DNA of 64,000 bases from a bacterium (GCA_963693055.1 OY843751.1:2304001-2368000), one strand, 5' to 3'; counted from the stretch's first letter, positions 30,896 through 41,997 are shown. Numbers and translations: made by a program. Notes: generated by a model from the letters alone, not told the origin.

Positions 30896-31435
30896 ATGAA
30901 CACGATAGGTTTTAAAGAGAGCATGGAGCTATGGAGAACCCCGGAAAGGGTTGTTCTGGTTACCAGTATAGATAAGCAGCAGGTACCACACGTGATAACT
31001 GTTAGTTGGTTTAGTAGGGTGTCATTTGATCCGCCCATGTTTGCGGTAGCTATAGGAAATAACAGAACCATGTATGATTTGATAAATGAATCAAAGGAGT
31101 TGGTCATTGCTATACCTGGTCCTGAACTTGCGGAGGCTGTTTTAGGTTGTGGTAAAAGTGGTCAAGAACTGGAAGATCGTTTTGAAAAGTATGGTATTGA
31201 AACCAAAGCCGGAAAAGAAGTTAAAAGCCCACTATTGGCAAATTGTTTGGTCAATTACGAGTGCCTGGTTAAAGAACAAGTAGTTGCTGGTGACCATACT
31301 GTTTTTATTGTCAAAGTTAAGCAAAGTTGGGCTTCTGACAATCCATCCCAAAACCTGATATTAATTGGAGATGACTCTGGTTATAATTTACTTGCTGAAA
31401 GCGGCCCCTATAAAGTTGGCACTGTTATGAAATAG
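30896..31435 (+). CDS. Flavin reductase family protein
   Basis: VSFDPPMFAVAI, YEC, GDHTVF. Confidence 0.85.
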   Translation: MNTIGFKESMELWRTPERVVLVTSIDKQQVPHVITVSWFSRVSFDPPMFAVAIGNNRTMYDLINESKELVIAIPGPELAEAVLGCGKSGQELEDRFEKYGIETKAGKEVKSPLLANCLVNYECLVKEQVVAGDHTVFIVKVKQSWASDNPSQNLILIGDDSGYNLLAESGPYKVGTVMK

Positions 31436-31445
31436 TTGTTAGTTC

Positions 31446-31474
31446 AAACCGCTGTTAATCACAGCGGTTTTTTT
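31446..31474 (+). terminator. Intrinsic terminator
   Basis: AAACCGCTG...CAGCGGTTTTTTT. Confidence 0.85.
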
Positions 31475-31532
31475 ATTATGATTATCCCTCAAATTTACTT
31501 AATTTCTCTTTTATACAAGATCGGATTTATTA

Positions 31533-32420
31533 ATGAATAAAGGTGTTATATACGCGGCACTTGCCTATTTGTTGTGGGGTGTTTTTCCTGTATTTTGGAA
31601 AGCTGTTCAACATGTACCCGCATATGAGAGTTTGGGACATCGTATGTTTTGGACTTTTATAATTGCCGCGTTATTATTGATCATACGTAAAGACAAGTTA
31701 TTTTTTATTAAAATCAGGCAACCTAGAACTCTACTTGCTTTTATCGGTTCAAGTTTTCTTATTGTTCTCAACTGGTTCACTTTTATCTGGTCGGTGAATA
31801 ATAATTATATTCTTGAAGTCAGTTTGGGATATTTTATTAATCCATTGGTCCATGTATTGTTTGGTATCATCTTTTTAAAAGAGAGGTTGCGCAAAATACA
31901 GTTGGTTGGTATTCTGATAGCTGCCCTGGGTGTCTTATATTTGACTTTTAATTATGGAAGATTCCCCTGGATAGCTATGGTTTTGGCCATATCTTTTGCA
32001 TTTTATGCTCTGTTGCGAAAAACTGCCAAACTTGATTCGCTTGAGGCATTAACACTCGAAACCGGTATTGCTTTTATTCCGGCTCTTTTTTATCTGATCT
32101 GGTTTGAAACAGCTCACCAGGGTTCATTTTTTCATACAAATTATATTACTCCCATACTCTTGATGGCTACCGGAATTATTACAGCTTTACCCCTGCTATT
32201 GTTTGGAGCGGGCGCACAAAAAATTAAACTGGTGACATTGGGAATTCTTCAGTATATTGCCCCTACATTACAATTTTTATTAGGATTGTTTATATATCAT
32301 GAACATTTTCCACGTGAACGATTTGTTGGTTTTGTGATTATATGGATTGCTGTAGCGATATATACATTTGATAGTATTTATGTATTTAAAACAAATCGAC
32401 AGCGGATTGCGCAAGCATGA
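31533..32420 (+). CDS. rarD: EamA family transporter RarD
   Basis: AYLLWG, SLGYFINPL, LKERL, LGILQYIAPTLQF. Confidence 0.92.
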   Translation: MNKGVIYAALAYLLWGVFPVFWKAVQHVPAYESLGHRMFWTFIIAALLLIIRKDKLFFIKIRQPRTLLAFIGSSFLIVLNWFTFIWSVNNNYILEVSLGYFINPLVHVLFGIIFLKERLRKIQLVGILIAALGVLYLTFNYGRFPWIAMVLAISFAFYALLRKTAKLDSLEALTLETGIAFIPALFYLIWFETAHQGSFFHTNYITPILLMATGIITALPLLLFGAGAQKIKLVTLGILQYIAPTLQFLLGLFIYHEHFPRERFVGFVIIWIAVAIYTFDSIYVFKTNRQRIAQA

Positions 32421-32625
32421 TAATTTTAACTGATTAAGAAAAAAACTTGACTATCTGCAAAAAATTCTTAATTTCAATATTGCTAACCTGCCATAGCTAT
32501 TTTTTGTCTCACTTTAAGAGATTGATTTTTAATCTCTTCATCAATAATAAGACCGGTCTTTTCCGGGAAAAATGAGGTTGGGTAATCCAAAATATATCAT
32601 ATAACTTAACAAGGGAGTGTAATCC

Positions 32626-33783
32626 ATGAAGAAAATGACAGCTGTTGTTGCACTAATGGCAGTATTTACGCTGGCTATGTGTTTTGTAGTTATTGGTGCA
32701 ATTTCTGTGGAATTGATGGCAAAATTGGGTGTAGGGCCTGCGGAGATTGGAAGTATGATTTTTGCCCTGTATCTGACAGCTGTGGTTGTACAAATTTTGA
32801 TCGGCCCGTTGGTTGACAAATTTGGCCACAAACCTATCGCAATTGTAGGATTTATTGTAACCAGTGCAAGTATGTTTTTGCTCGCTCTTTCTCCCAGCTT
32901 TGCAATGGCCATGGTTGCATCCATCTTTTTGGGTGTAGGTGCCATGTGTTTGAATACAGTAGGAAACACACTGATTCCTGTAGTATTGTTTGATGGACAG
33001 GATCCTGCACGTGCCGGTAACTTTGGTAATGGTTTTTTTGGTTTAGGTCTTGTTGTTGCTCCCTGGATAGTTTCTGCAGGTAGTGCAATAGGACTCGCAA
33101 CCAGTACTTCTATTATTATTTTAGGTGTTCTTGTACTCGTATTTTTAGTTTTTTCTTTACTGGCAAGCTATCCACAAGCCAGCACTGGTTTTAAAATGTC
33201 AATGGCATTTAAAGTATTGGCTGAAGGTCCGGTTATTGTTGCAGCGCTTGCATTGTTCTGTTATGTTTCTTTGGAAAGTACAATGAATACCTGGTTGAAA
33301 CCTTATTTGACTGAGGTGTTTAGTGGTAATGCTGCAACCGCAGGTTGGATTTTGGGCCTGTTTGGTTTGTTTATGATGATTGGCCGTTTTATTGTTTCTG
33401 CTATTAAAAACCTTACTGCTATTGGTACCAAAATTATTGCAATTATGGCTGTTGTTTCCATCGCAACAATCCTGTTGATGATCTGGACCCCAAATCCTGC
33501 AACAGCAGTTATTGCTGTTATTTTTACAGGACTTGCTTTTGCACCCATTTTCCCGACAGTTGTTGGTGTTACTTTTGCAAAATATGAACCCCATTTATAT
33601 GGCAGTATTTTTGGGATGATTTTTTCAATTGGATTGTTGGGTGGTACTTTTGTACCCAAGATTATCGGTGATTTGGCTGTAGGAAAAACAGTTCAACAAA
33701 GTCTGCCTATTGCCGCAGTAATGGCTGCTATTCTGGTTGTTATTGCTTTGGTTATGTCCAAAGTCGGTAAAAAAGCTGAATAA
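32626..33783 (+). CDS. MFS transporter
   Basis: GPLVDKFGHK motif A; about 12 TM helices. Confidence 0.85.
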   Translation: MKKMTAVVALMAVFTLAMCFVVIGAISVELMAKLGVGPAEIGSMIFALYLTAVVVQILIGPLVDKFGHKPIAIVGFIVTSASMFLLALSPSFAMAMVASIFLGVGAMCLNTVGNTLIPVVLFDGQDPARAGNFGNGFFGLGLVVAPWIVSAGSAIGLATSTSIIILGVLVLVFLVFSLLASYPQASTGFKMSMAFKVLAEGPVIVAALALFCYVSLESTMNTWLKPYLTEVFSGNAATAGWILGLFGLFMMIGRFIVSAIKNLTAIGTKIIAIMAVVSIATILLMIWTPNPATAVIAVIFTGLAFAPIFPTVVGVTFAKYEPHLYGSIFGMIFSIGLLGGTFVPKIIGDLAVGKTVQQSLPIAAVMAAILVVIALVMSKVGKKAE

Positions 33784-33796
33784 ATTGTTTTGTTTT

Positions 33797-33833
33797 AAAA
33801 GAGCGGCGGGTATTTACTCTCCGCTTTTTTTTT
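33797..33833 (+). terminator. Intrinsic terminator
   Basis: AAAAGAGCGG...CCGCTTTTTTTTT. Confidence 0.7.
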
Positions 33834-33863
33834 ATCTGAATATTAATAAATACGGAGCATGAT

Positions 33864-35087
33864 GTGAACAAAAAAGTTAGTCTCGGCATTATGATGTTTC
33901 TGGAATATGCCATATGGGGTTCCTGGTACCCGGTATTGTCTGCTTATATGCAAAATACCCTGGGTTTCAATGGAACTCAGGTTGGTGTTATTTACAGTCT
34001 TTTGCCACTTTCAACAATTGTTGCACCGTTTTTTTTCGGTCAGCTCGCAGATCGTTATTTTCCTACACAAAAAGTGATTGCATATGCACAACTCATTGGT
34101 GGTGTTATATTATTATGGTTAGCAACCGTTGATTCCTACACTCCAATGGTCTGGGGAATGTTTATATATACTTTATTGTATGCACCTACCATGGCTCTTA
34201 CCAATTCCATTACCTTTACGCACTTGTCTGATTCCGAACGTGAGTTTGGATGGATCCGGGTTGGAGGAACCATTGGCTGGATTGCCGTTGGATTTACCTT
34301 GACGGGTTGGAGAATTCTTGCGGATAATGGAATACTCCCTGGCACCCCGGGCGATGCTCTAATACTGGGTGGTGTTTTGTCTTTGATTATGGGTGTTTTT
34401 TCTTTTTATTTACCCCATACACCTCCAAACAAAGAAGCCAAAAATCCATGGGCTTTTCTTGAAGCTTTTAAAATGTTCAAGAATTTTAATTTTGCAGTAT
34501 TTATGGGTATAGCATTTATTGTATCCACTGAATTAATGTTTTATTATGTACTTACAGGCCCTTTTTTAACATCTGAAAAAATTGGTGTAACCCAATCCGG
34601 TTTAGCTGGTGTTATGGCAATTGCCCAAATTGCAGAAGTATTTGTTTTAGCGCTGTTACTGCCATACTTTTTACCCAAACATGGTATGCGTAAAACCTTG
34701 ACTTTGGGTATTCTTGCTTGGCCTATTCGCTATATCATTTTTTCAATTGGTTCACCGGCATGGCTGGTTATTGCATCTCTTGCATTGCATGGATTTTGTT
34801 TTGTCTTCTTTTTTGCGGCATCTCAAATCTATGTTGATACAGTTGCACCACGAGATATTCGTGCTTCTGCGCAGAGTATGTATTCGTTTATTACATATGG
34901 AGTTGGTTTATATTTGGGTAGCCGTTTTTCCGGATGGATTCAGAATATATTTTCCGAATTGGGTCCGCAGGGGCAGATTATTCAAACCAACTGGACCTAT
35001 GTATTTATTGTACCCACAATTATGACCATTGTCTGTGCTGTTTTGTTCTTGTTTACATTTAGAGAAAAACCCAAGATGGCAGAATAA
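33864..35087 (+). CDS. MFS nucleoside:H+ symporter family (NupG/YegT-like)
   Basis: MMFLEYAIWGSW, GQLADRYF, IRVGGTIGWI, LHGFCF, RASAQ. Confidence 0.85.
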   Translation: MNKKVSLGIMMFLEYAIWGSWYPVLSAYMQNTLGFNGTQVGVIYSLLPLSTIVAPFFFGQLADRYFPTQKVIAYAQLIGGVILLWLATVDSYTPMVWGMFIYTLLYAPTMALTNSITFTHLSDSEREFGWIRVGGTIGWIAVGFTLTGWRILADNGILPGTPGDALILGGVLSLIMGVFSFYLPHTPPNKEAKNPWAFLEAFKMFKNFNFAVFMGIAFIVSTELMFYYVLTGPFLTSEKIGVTQSGLAGVMAIAQIAEVFVLALLLPYFLPKHGMRKTLTLGILAWPIRYIIFSIGSPAWLVIASLALHGFCFVFFFAASQIYVDTVAPRDIRASAQSMYSFITYGVGLYLGSRFSGWIQNIFSELGPQGQIIQTNWTYVFIVPTIMTIVCAVLFLFTFREKPKMAE

Positions 35088-35090
35088 GAT

Positions 35091-35116
35091 AAGCCGGTGT
35101 AAACACCGGCTTTTTT
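35091..35116 (+). terminator. Intrinsic terminator
   Basis: AAGCCGGTG-TAAA-CACCGGCTTTTTT. Confidence 0.88.
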
Positions 35117-35174
35117 GTTTCATATTTTATTTTTTTTTGCAATATTCCATTTGATTTTTTATCTGAAAAAATAA

Positions 35175-36419
35175 ATGGAGTATTTAATGTCTTCACCTTC
35201 TCTGGATTCTACAGATTCAAAACATTTATTGCTCAACCGAAATTTGCATATAATATTTGCCATTACTTTAATGGCTGTACTGGGTGTTTCCAGCATAACT
35301 CCGGCCTTTCCCCGAATAACACAAGCTTTAAATATATCGCCCCAGTCTATTGGGTTATTGATTACAGTGTTTACTTTGCCGGGTATTTTTTTAACACCGG
35401 TATTGGGTGTTTTTGCAGACCGATATGGAAGAAAGAAAATTCTCATTCCGTCAATGTTTCTTTTTGGTATTGCTGGTGGATTGTGTGCCTTTACCCGCTC
35501 ATTTGAAACGTTATTGATTATGCGCTTTTTTCAAGGCATCGGTGCCGCGTCTCTGGGAGCTATTAATCTTACGTTGATTGGTGATTTGTTTCCTGGAAAA
35601 CAACGCACCATAGCTATGGGATACAATTCAAGTGTGCTAAGTGTGGGGACGGCATCGTATCCTGCAATTGGTGGCGCTGTTGCTGCTATAGCATGGTATT
35701 ATCCTTTTTTGCTGGCTTTTTTAGCAATACCCATTGGATTGTGGGTTTTGCTGGGCTTAAATAATCCTGAGCCTAGAAACAATCAATCTTTGGGGCAATA
35801 TCTCAAATATGCATTAAAAAGTATGAACAAGAAAAATGTATATGTTTATTTTACTGCCAACCTGGTTACTTTTATCATTTTATATGGCATTTTCTTAACA
35901 TATATCCCTATTTTTTTGCATGAACATTTTCAGTCATCTACAGTTGTTATTGGTCTTGTTATGTCTTCTACATCAGTAGTTACTGCTATTACGGCTTCTC
36001 AACTGGGTCGCCTGGTACGTCGATTTAGTGAGATTGATTTGTTAAGAGTTTCCTATTTATTGTACAGTTTGGGTTTGTTATTAATTCCGTTTATTCATAG
36101 TCTTTATATATTTATAATTCCAGTTGTTATTTTTGGAATAGGGCACGGTTTAAACATCCCTGTGGTTCAATCATTACTCGCGGGTGAAGCCCCGCTCGAA
36201 CATCGAGCTGCATTTATGTCCCTTAACGGTATGGTGCTTCGTCTGGGTCAGACTTTGGGTCCCATTATTATGGCTGGAATATTTTTATTGTTGGGATTGG
36301 ATTGGATCTTTTTTGCCGGTTGTATGCTGGCTGTTTTATTTGTGATTTTTCTTTTCATATTTACAAAAAAAAACAAGGGATTAATATCATTGTTATCTCT
36401 GTTAACTTTTGAAAAATGA
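35175..36419 (+). CDS. MFS transporter (DHA1-like)
   Basis: GVFADRYGRK, RFFQGIG, about 12 TM helices. Confidence 0.88.
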   Translation: MEYLMSSPSLDSTDSKHLLLNRNLHIIFAITLMAVLGVSSITPAFPRITQALNISPQSIGLLITVFTLPGIFLTPVLGVFADRYGRKKILIPSMFLFGIAGGLCAFTRSFETLLIMRFFQGIGAASLGAINLTLIGDLFPGKQRTIAMGYNSSVLSVGTASYPAIGGAVAAIAWYYPFLLAFLAIPIGLWVLLGLNNPEPRNNQSLGQYLKYALKSMNKKNVYVYFTANLVTFIILYGIFLTYIPIFLHEHFQSSTVVIGLVMSSTSVVTAITASQLGRLVRRFSEIDLLRVSYLLYSLGLLLIPFIHSLYIFIIPVVIFGIGHGLNIPVVQSLLAGEAPLEHRAAFMSLNGMVLRLGQTLGPIIMAGIFLLLGLDWIFFAGCMLAVLFVIFLFIFTKKNKGLISLLSLLTFEK

Positions 36420-36426
36420 GGTGCTA

Positions 36427-37461
36427 ATGAAAAGAAGATATTTTATAAAAACAACTTTATTGACTCCTGTTTCACTTGGTTTTATGAACCAGGCAGTTTT
36501 TGGCAAGATTGAAGACTATTATATTCAAGCCAAAGGAAAGATCGTTACCGTTACAGGATTAATGGAACCAAAGCAAGTTGGTAATATCTTGCCGCATGAA
36601 CATGTAATGTCTATCTTTGGTGGTGATGCTGCTGAAAAAGCAGAATATGATAGAGATAAACTATTCAATGCAGTTATTCCTTATCTTGAAAAGGTAAAAG
36701 CAACTGGCAGCAATGCATTGGCAGATTGTACTACTGCTTATTTTGGCCGTGATCCTGAACTATTAAAACAAATCTCTGAACGTGCCGGTTTTTATTTACT
36801 AACCAATACCGGTTATTATGGAGCGGCTGATGATCGATATGTCCCTGAACATGCTTTTAAAGCAAGTGCAGACGAGCTTGCTGATCGCTGGCTGATGGAA
36901 TGGGAACATGGTATTGCCAATACTGGTATACATCCGGGATTTATAAAGATAGGGGTAGATAATGGACCCTTGTCTGAAATTGATACAAAGTTGGTTGCTG
37001 CTGCCGCAAAAACTCATGTGAAAAGTGGTTTGACTCTGGCAATCCATACTGGCGATAATCCTCAGGCAGCGCTTGAGCAGATAGATATTTTAAAACAAGA
37101 AGGTGTTCATCCTTCAGCCTGGATCTGGGTGCATGCTCATAGTGTTAAAGACAAGCAAGCTGTTTTGGATGCAGCAAAAGCCGGTGCCTGGATTGAATTT
37201 GACAGCTTGCAGCCTAATAATGTAGAGTTGCATATGGAATGGATTCAATTTATGATCAACAATGGATATCTGAATCAGATTATGCTATCACATGATGGAA
37301 ATTCATTCAAGTATGGTGACAGACCCATGAAGACCTATCACCATTTACATGAATTACTCGTCCCCATGATGAAACAGACAGGATTGGGGAAAGAAGAAAT
37401 TAATAGGATTGTTACACAGAACCCACAAAGAGCGTTTACCATTCATAAACGGTTGATATAA
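36427..37461 (+). CDS. Phosphotriesterase-family amidohydrolase with a Tat-like signal
   Basis: KRRYFIK; LPHEH, GFIKIG, IHTG, WVHA, LSHD. Confidence 0.88.
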   Translation: MKRRYFIKTTLLTPVSLGFMNQAVFGKIEDYYIQAKGKIVTVTGLMEPKQVGNILPHEHVMSIFGGDAAEKAEYDRDKLFNAVIPYLEKVKATGSNALADCTTAYFGRDPELLKQISERAGFYLLTNTGYYGAADDRYVPEHAFKASADELADRWLMEWEHGIANTGIHPGFIKIGVDNGPLSEIDTKLVAAAAKTHVKSGLTLAIHTGDNPQAALEQIDILKQEGVHPSAWIWVHAHSVKDKQAVLDAAKAGAWIEFDSLQPNNVELHMEWIQFMINNGYLNQIMLSHDGNSFKYGDRPMKTYHHLHELLVPMMKQTGLGKEEINRIVTQNPQRAFTIHKRLI

Positions 37462-37490
37462 TAAAGCCCGGTTTAACCGGGCTTTATTAT
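37458..37490. terminator. Bidirectional terminator
   Basis: ATAATAAAGCCCGGTT-T-AACCGGGCTTTATTAT between convergent genes. Confidence 0.85.
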
Positions 37491-40084
37491 TATATTGTTA
37501 CTTTTTCAATTGTTATTTTTTCCGGTTTTTCTATTATTAATTCTATTACCGTATCACCATTCTCCGTCTGTAGACTTCCCGATTCAGCAGCTCCTGTTAT
37601 TTTGTATGCTCCCAGTGATTGCGGCCAATAGATGTTAATTGTACCAGGAGCACCACTTTCTATCATCATTGTCGTATCATCCAGGATCTGAATGTCTTTT
37701 AACCAGCAAGTCGAACGACCAATGTATGCTCCAAAGTTATTATTACCCAACACAAAAACGTTTCTAGCTACATCCGGTTCTGTGAAATCAAATGTAAATT
37801 CAAGGTTGCTGTTTCCTGTCTGTGTTTCACCAAAAATTCCGGGAACATGATAAGCATGACCAATAACACCCAAAAAACTTTTAGTTTTAAAATATTGCGT
37901 TTGATAAGTTTCTGAGGTTATGCTGCCGCTAAAAGCAATGACCTGACCCTGAGCTGAGAGAGAGTCTATCTGTTCATAAACTTCAGGAGATGAGCCAATG
38001 GAGCCGGTTTCTGTCGGTCTTACCGAAGAAGCTGTTTTGGCAATTCTTTTATAATTATTAAAATGAAGCTTGCAGAAATCACGTTCTTCCGGTGAAAGTT
38101 CAGAAAGATCTCCCCAGATACCATGACCACCCAGTATAGCTGTTGATAAATTGTAATGTTGTGCTTTATAGGGTGAATTGTTGTGTGGGTATACAGCATA
38201 TGTCTGTAAAACAGGAGGGACGATGCTGTTATATTCATAAGGAATTGTTCGCATGGATTTGGATCTAAACTGACTCAGATCATCATATCCTGAAGCACCA
38301 TTGTTCATCCAGAAATATCTACCCTCATTGAAGAATTCCAGTCCAATATTACGGCCTTTTTCTGTAACGTCATATACAATGATTAATCCCGGTTTGTAAT
38401 CTGTTAGTGCCTTTGCAATTCGTGTTACACTATTAATAAGCTCAAATCCATAACGTTCTGCACGTTCTTGTGGAGAATCATTAGGGCCGCCATGATGATG
38501 ATTGTCTGCATAGCAAAGTTGGCCGTCTATTCCATCCCATTTAAAGTACGAACAACCCATATCAATCAGCTTTTTGGATTTTTCAATGAAATAAGGTTCA
38601 AAATCACTAACAAGGCAGGCCATGTCTCGTCCCCAGCTTGCTCTTGGGATTGCACCGGTACTGTCTTTTGCCATAAATTCGGGGTGTTTTTCAAATGTTT
38701 CGGATTCTTTGTGAACGCAAAAGGGTGCCATCCATAATCCCAGACGCATTCCATATCCATCCAGTTTTTCTTTAATGGGCCCCAGTTTTTTATCATAATG
38801 ACGTTTATCTACATTCCAGTCACCCATCCAGTCAAACCAGCCATCATCGATAACAAATACGTCCACACCACATTCATGTGCAAAATCTATCTCTTTGAGT
38901 AAACGATTTTCATCACGTAATACATCACGCGGTGAAAAGTACTTTCTTGAACCACCACTGCCTTTGATATTGTAATAGTTTGCAGGATCATAAACTGTAG
39001 CGTCTCCATAAATGTCTGTACCAATTTTCTTTTCCCGCAAATCGGCAAAATTAATAAACTCGCGTTGATCATCACGCTGCCAACCCCATGTGTTATAGTA
39101 GATCATGGGAGTTCGGGTAGCTGATTTTTCACTTTGCCAATTGTAGAGATAATCCCAAATGAGTTTTTTACCCGTTTCGTAATCCGAATTGCTATAACAT
39201 CCTGTCAAGACCCATACTGTTTGCAACGGGTGTTGGGGAGAAAATGTTTCATGTTCGGTAAACGTTCCCCGAATGGCTGTCAAGCCAGTTTGTGTTGCAT
39301 TATTTAATAACAAACCTGTAGAAATTTTGATAAAATCTCGTGTTGTATCGTTATCTGGTGATCCATGTTCATAAGCCATTAACCAGCCAGAGTTGTTTTC
39401 GTTCCTTGCAAGTAAAATAGGTCCTTTAAAAGATCCTGCTCCTGATTGTTCATGTACCAATTCTGCCGGATGATACATATGGCATTGTGACAGGTTGGCA
39501 CCTGATACATCACCAGAATTCCATTCTCTGTCAAGAGGAAATGCATCAATATTTGCGCCCTGTAATTGTTCGCGATTCCACGAAGCCAAACGGATTTCGA
39601 GCAATTCTGTCGCTTTCTCTAAATTATATATGGGAAAAATGTATTGAATGTTATCTGCCACAGATTGCATTGTAAAGGGTACTTTGCGCGGTCTGACAAC
39701 AAAACGTTCCCGGGTTAAAGAGTTGCCTGGAAAAATTTGAACCAGATAATGGATGATAATATCATTATTTTCCAAACGTATATCAACTTCTTTACCACCA
39801 TGTCCCAATTCACGAATTGCATGGGACTGGTAACCGGCTGAATTCAAAGTGTCATTGTTTATGACAAATTTAAACCAGGTATTGTTTGGTGCGGTTATCA
39901 AATTCTGCTCAATATCTTTATGATAAAATGATGTTGGGTAAAATGTGTCTAATGTATTATAATCCCGTTTTATAATATCATTTTCAATAGAGAGTACATT
40001 GTTTTCGAATGTGATTTGAATGTCTTCCGCAGCACTCATGGATGCAATTAACATAATACAAAAGAGTAAGACCAGATTTTTCAT
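37490..40084 (-). CDS. Secreted glycoside hydrolase, GH36/alpha-galactosidase-like
   Basis: YYNTW, FVIDDGWF, GLWMAP, YFKWD. Confidence 0.75.
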   Translation of the reverse strand: MKNLVLLFCIMLIASMSAAEDIQITFENNVLSIENDIIKRDYNTLDTFYPTSFYHKDIEQNLITAPNNTWFKFVINNDTLNSAGYQSHAIRELGHGGKEVDIRLENNDIIIHYLVQIFPGNSLTRERFVVRPRKVPFTMQSVADNIQYIFPIYNLEKATELLEIRLASWNREQLQGANIDAFPLDREWNSGDVSGANLSQCHMYHPAELVHEQSGAGSFKGPILLARNENNSGWLMAYEHGSPDNDTTRDFIKISTGLLLNNATQTGLTAIRGTFTEHETFSPQHPLQTVWVLTGCYSNSDYETGKKLIWDYLYNWQSEKSATRTPMIYYNTWGWQRDDQREFINFADLREKKIGTDIYGDATVYDPANYYNIKGSGGSRKYFSPRDVLRDENRLLKEIDFAHECGVDVFVIDDGWFDWMGDWNVDKRHYDKKLGPIKEKLDGYGMRLGLWMAPFCVHKESETFEKHPEFMAKDSTGAIPRASWGRDMACLVSDFEPYFIEKSKKLIDMGCSYFKWDGIDGQLCYADNHHHGGPNDSPQERAERYGFELINSVTRIAKALTDYKPGLIIVYDVTEKGRNIGLEFFNEGRYFWMNNGASGYDDLSQFRSKSMRTIPYEYNSIVPPVLQTYAVYPHNNSPYKAQHYNLSTAILGGHGIWGDLSELSPEERDFCKLHFNNYKRIAKTASSVRPTETGSIGSSPEVYEQIDSLSAQGQVIAFSGSITSETYQTQYFKTKSFLGVIGHAYHVPGIFGETQTGNSNLEFTFDFTEPDVARNVFVLGNNNFGAYIGRSTCWLKDIQILDDTTMMIESGAPGTINIYWPQSLGAYKITGAAESGSLQTENGDTVIELIIEKPEKITIEKVTI

Positions 40085-40096
40085 ATTTCCTCTTTA

Positions 40097-41893
40097 CTAT
40101 TTGATCAGTAACATTTTTCGCTTAAAATTAAAAGTGTCTGTTTTTAATTGATAATAATAAATTCCGCTTGGCCAGGCTTGGGTGTGCAAAGTTGTATTGT
40201 ATACACCTGCTGCTTGAAATTGATTGACAGGAGTAGCTAAAAGCTCTCCTCGTATATTATAAATTGACAGTGTGACCGTTGATGATTGGGCCAAAGTGTA
40301 CCGAATTGTGGTTACAGGATTAAATGGATTGGGATAATTTTGATACAATTGAAAATTATCAGGTGCTTGATCTTGATTGTTGATAGATACAGGAAATGTT
40401 GTAATGATTGCATTGTAAAGTGTTTTAGTTTTTTCGCCACCGGGTCCTATGACTGTCAGGGATACATCAAAGGAATCTGATTTTGTATAAATATGTGAAG
40501 GATTTTGATTGGTACTTTGAGTGCCATCTCCAAAATCCCAATTCCAACTCTTAATATTTCCGGTAGACAAATCCGTAAATTGTACGGTTAGTGGAACCAC
40601 ACCCATTGCAGGAGTAAATTCGAAATCTGTTACAGGAGGTGCAATAACTGTGGTGATAAGATCTGTTTTGGTTATGGTGTTAATTCCTGCTGGACCTGCA
40701 ACCGTAAGAGAAACCGTAAATGTATCTACTTTATCATATACATGTTCAGGATGTTGCTCTTTGCTTGTTGAGCCATCTCCAAAATCCCAAAGCCATGCAT
40801 TGATATTGCCATTTGACTGATCTGTAAATTGTACAGAAAGGGGGGCAACTCCCGTTGTTGGAAAAGCGTCAAAATCTGCAACGGGTATAGGATCTTGAAC
40901 GATAATATAATTTTTTCGTATCAGCGTATCAGTTCCCAGTTCACCTTTTACTGCTAGTCGAACAGAATAGGTGTCGGGCTGGGTATATGTATGTACTGGA
41001 CTTTTCTTAATTCCGGCTTCTTCATCACCAAAATCCCAGGAATATTCGTCTATATCACCTGACGATTGATTTATAAATTGTACTGCAAGTGGCGCAAAGC
41101 CGGTCCGGGGTTCAGCAACAAAAAAGGCTACAGGAGGGCCATTGGTGACTGTGATGTAGCTATATTTAATATTCTGCTTGTTACCTCCCGGTCCTGTAGC
41201 ATCTAGCGAAACGGTAAATGTACCTGTTTCTCTAAAAGTATGGACAGGATTAGGTTCTGAACTGGTACTATCATCACCAAAATTCCAAAGTAAATTGGTA
41301 ACGATGCCGGATAATTGACTGGTAAAGTGAACTGTTAAAGGTGCGCTGCCGTTTAACGTATCTGCACTAAATTCAACTATCGGTTGCATAAATGGCAATA
41401 CATCTATTAATATTACATAATGGCTTTTGGCGTTTACTGCTCCCGCAGCACGATTTCCACCCAAAATTAATGTATCTGGAAGGCTGGACATTTTCCATAC
41501 ATTCAAAGTTATTGCATCATCAGAAACGCCTAGTGTCAAGTCGGTTAATGAAAACGAATCAGCTAACCAGTTGGGAACAGAGGTAGCTCTGCTATCAAAA
41601 CCAATATAGATATCTGCATCATCCAACAAAACCAGCTGAATGAAATCGTTTGTTTGATTGTCAGCATTATCATTTGAAGCAACAATCCAGATCAGGCTGT
41701 CGAGCTCGCCAGGTATTTCAGTTATCGTATAATCACGATCGTTATAATACATATCACCTGTTTCCAGGAGGGATGTATTATAATTTTCCGGTGTTAATAT
41801 TTGAACAGCCTGCTCAATTGGGTACTGGGCATAAAGATAGAAAGGCATTGCTGCAAATATTAAAGTAGAAATTATCAGTAACCGGTTTTTCAT
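40097..41893 (-). CDS. Secreted protein with four PKD domains and a T9SS-like C-terminal tail
   Basis: Four 'G.APL.V.F...W(D/N)FGD...P.H.(Y/F)' repeats; QNYPNPFNP. Confidence 0.9.
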   Translation of the reverse strand: MKNRLLIISTLIFAAMPFYLYAQYPIEQAVQILTPENYNTSLLETGDMYYNDRDYTITEIPGELDSLIWIVASNDNADNQTNDFIQLVLLDDADIYIGFDSRATSVPNWLADSFSLTDLTLGVSDDAITLNVWKMSSLPDTLILGGNRAAGAVNAKSHYVILIDVLPFMQPIVEFSADTLNGSAPLTVHFTSQLSGIVTNLLWNFGDDSTSSEPNPVHTFRETGTFTVSLDATGPGGNKQNIKYSYITVTNGPPVAFFVAEPRTGFAPLAVQFINQSSGDIDEYSWDFGDEEAGIKKSPVHTYTQPDTYSVRLAVKGELGTDTLIRKNYIIVQDPIPVADFDAFPTTGVAPLSVQFTDQSNGNINAWLWDFGDGSTSKEQHPEHVYDKVDTFTVSLTVAGPAGINTITKTDLITTVIAPPVTDFEFTPAMGVVPLTVQFTDLSTGNIKSWNWDFGDGTQSTNQNPSHIYTKSDSFDVSLTVIGPGGEKTKTLYNAIITTFPVSINNQDQAPDNFQLYQNYPNPFNPVTTIRYTLAQSSTVTLSIYNIRGELLATPVNQFQAAGVYNTTLHTQAWPSGIYYYQLKTDTFNFKRKMLLIK

Positions 41894-41997
41894 AAATACA
41901 AGATAAATGTTAGATTTTAAACATACTTAATAATAGTTATCCTAATCGATCAATTCAAGTACTTAATTGTAAACTGATTGAATCTGTATGTATATTG

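Noticed and set aside
36365-36419. A9 run near the MFS 3' end and apparent overlap with the PTE gene
   Set aside because: The MFS is already complete and the PTE gene starts at 36427, so no frameshift is needed.
40430-41380. About 250-bp periodic similarity (AAATCCCA motifs)
   Set aside because: Explained by four coding PKD domains.
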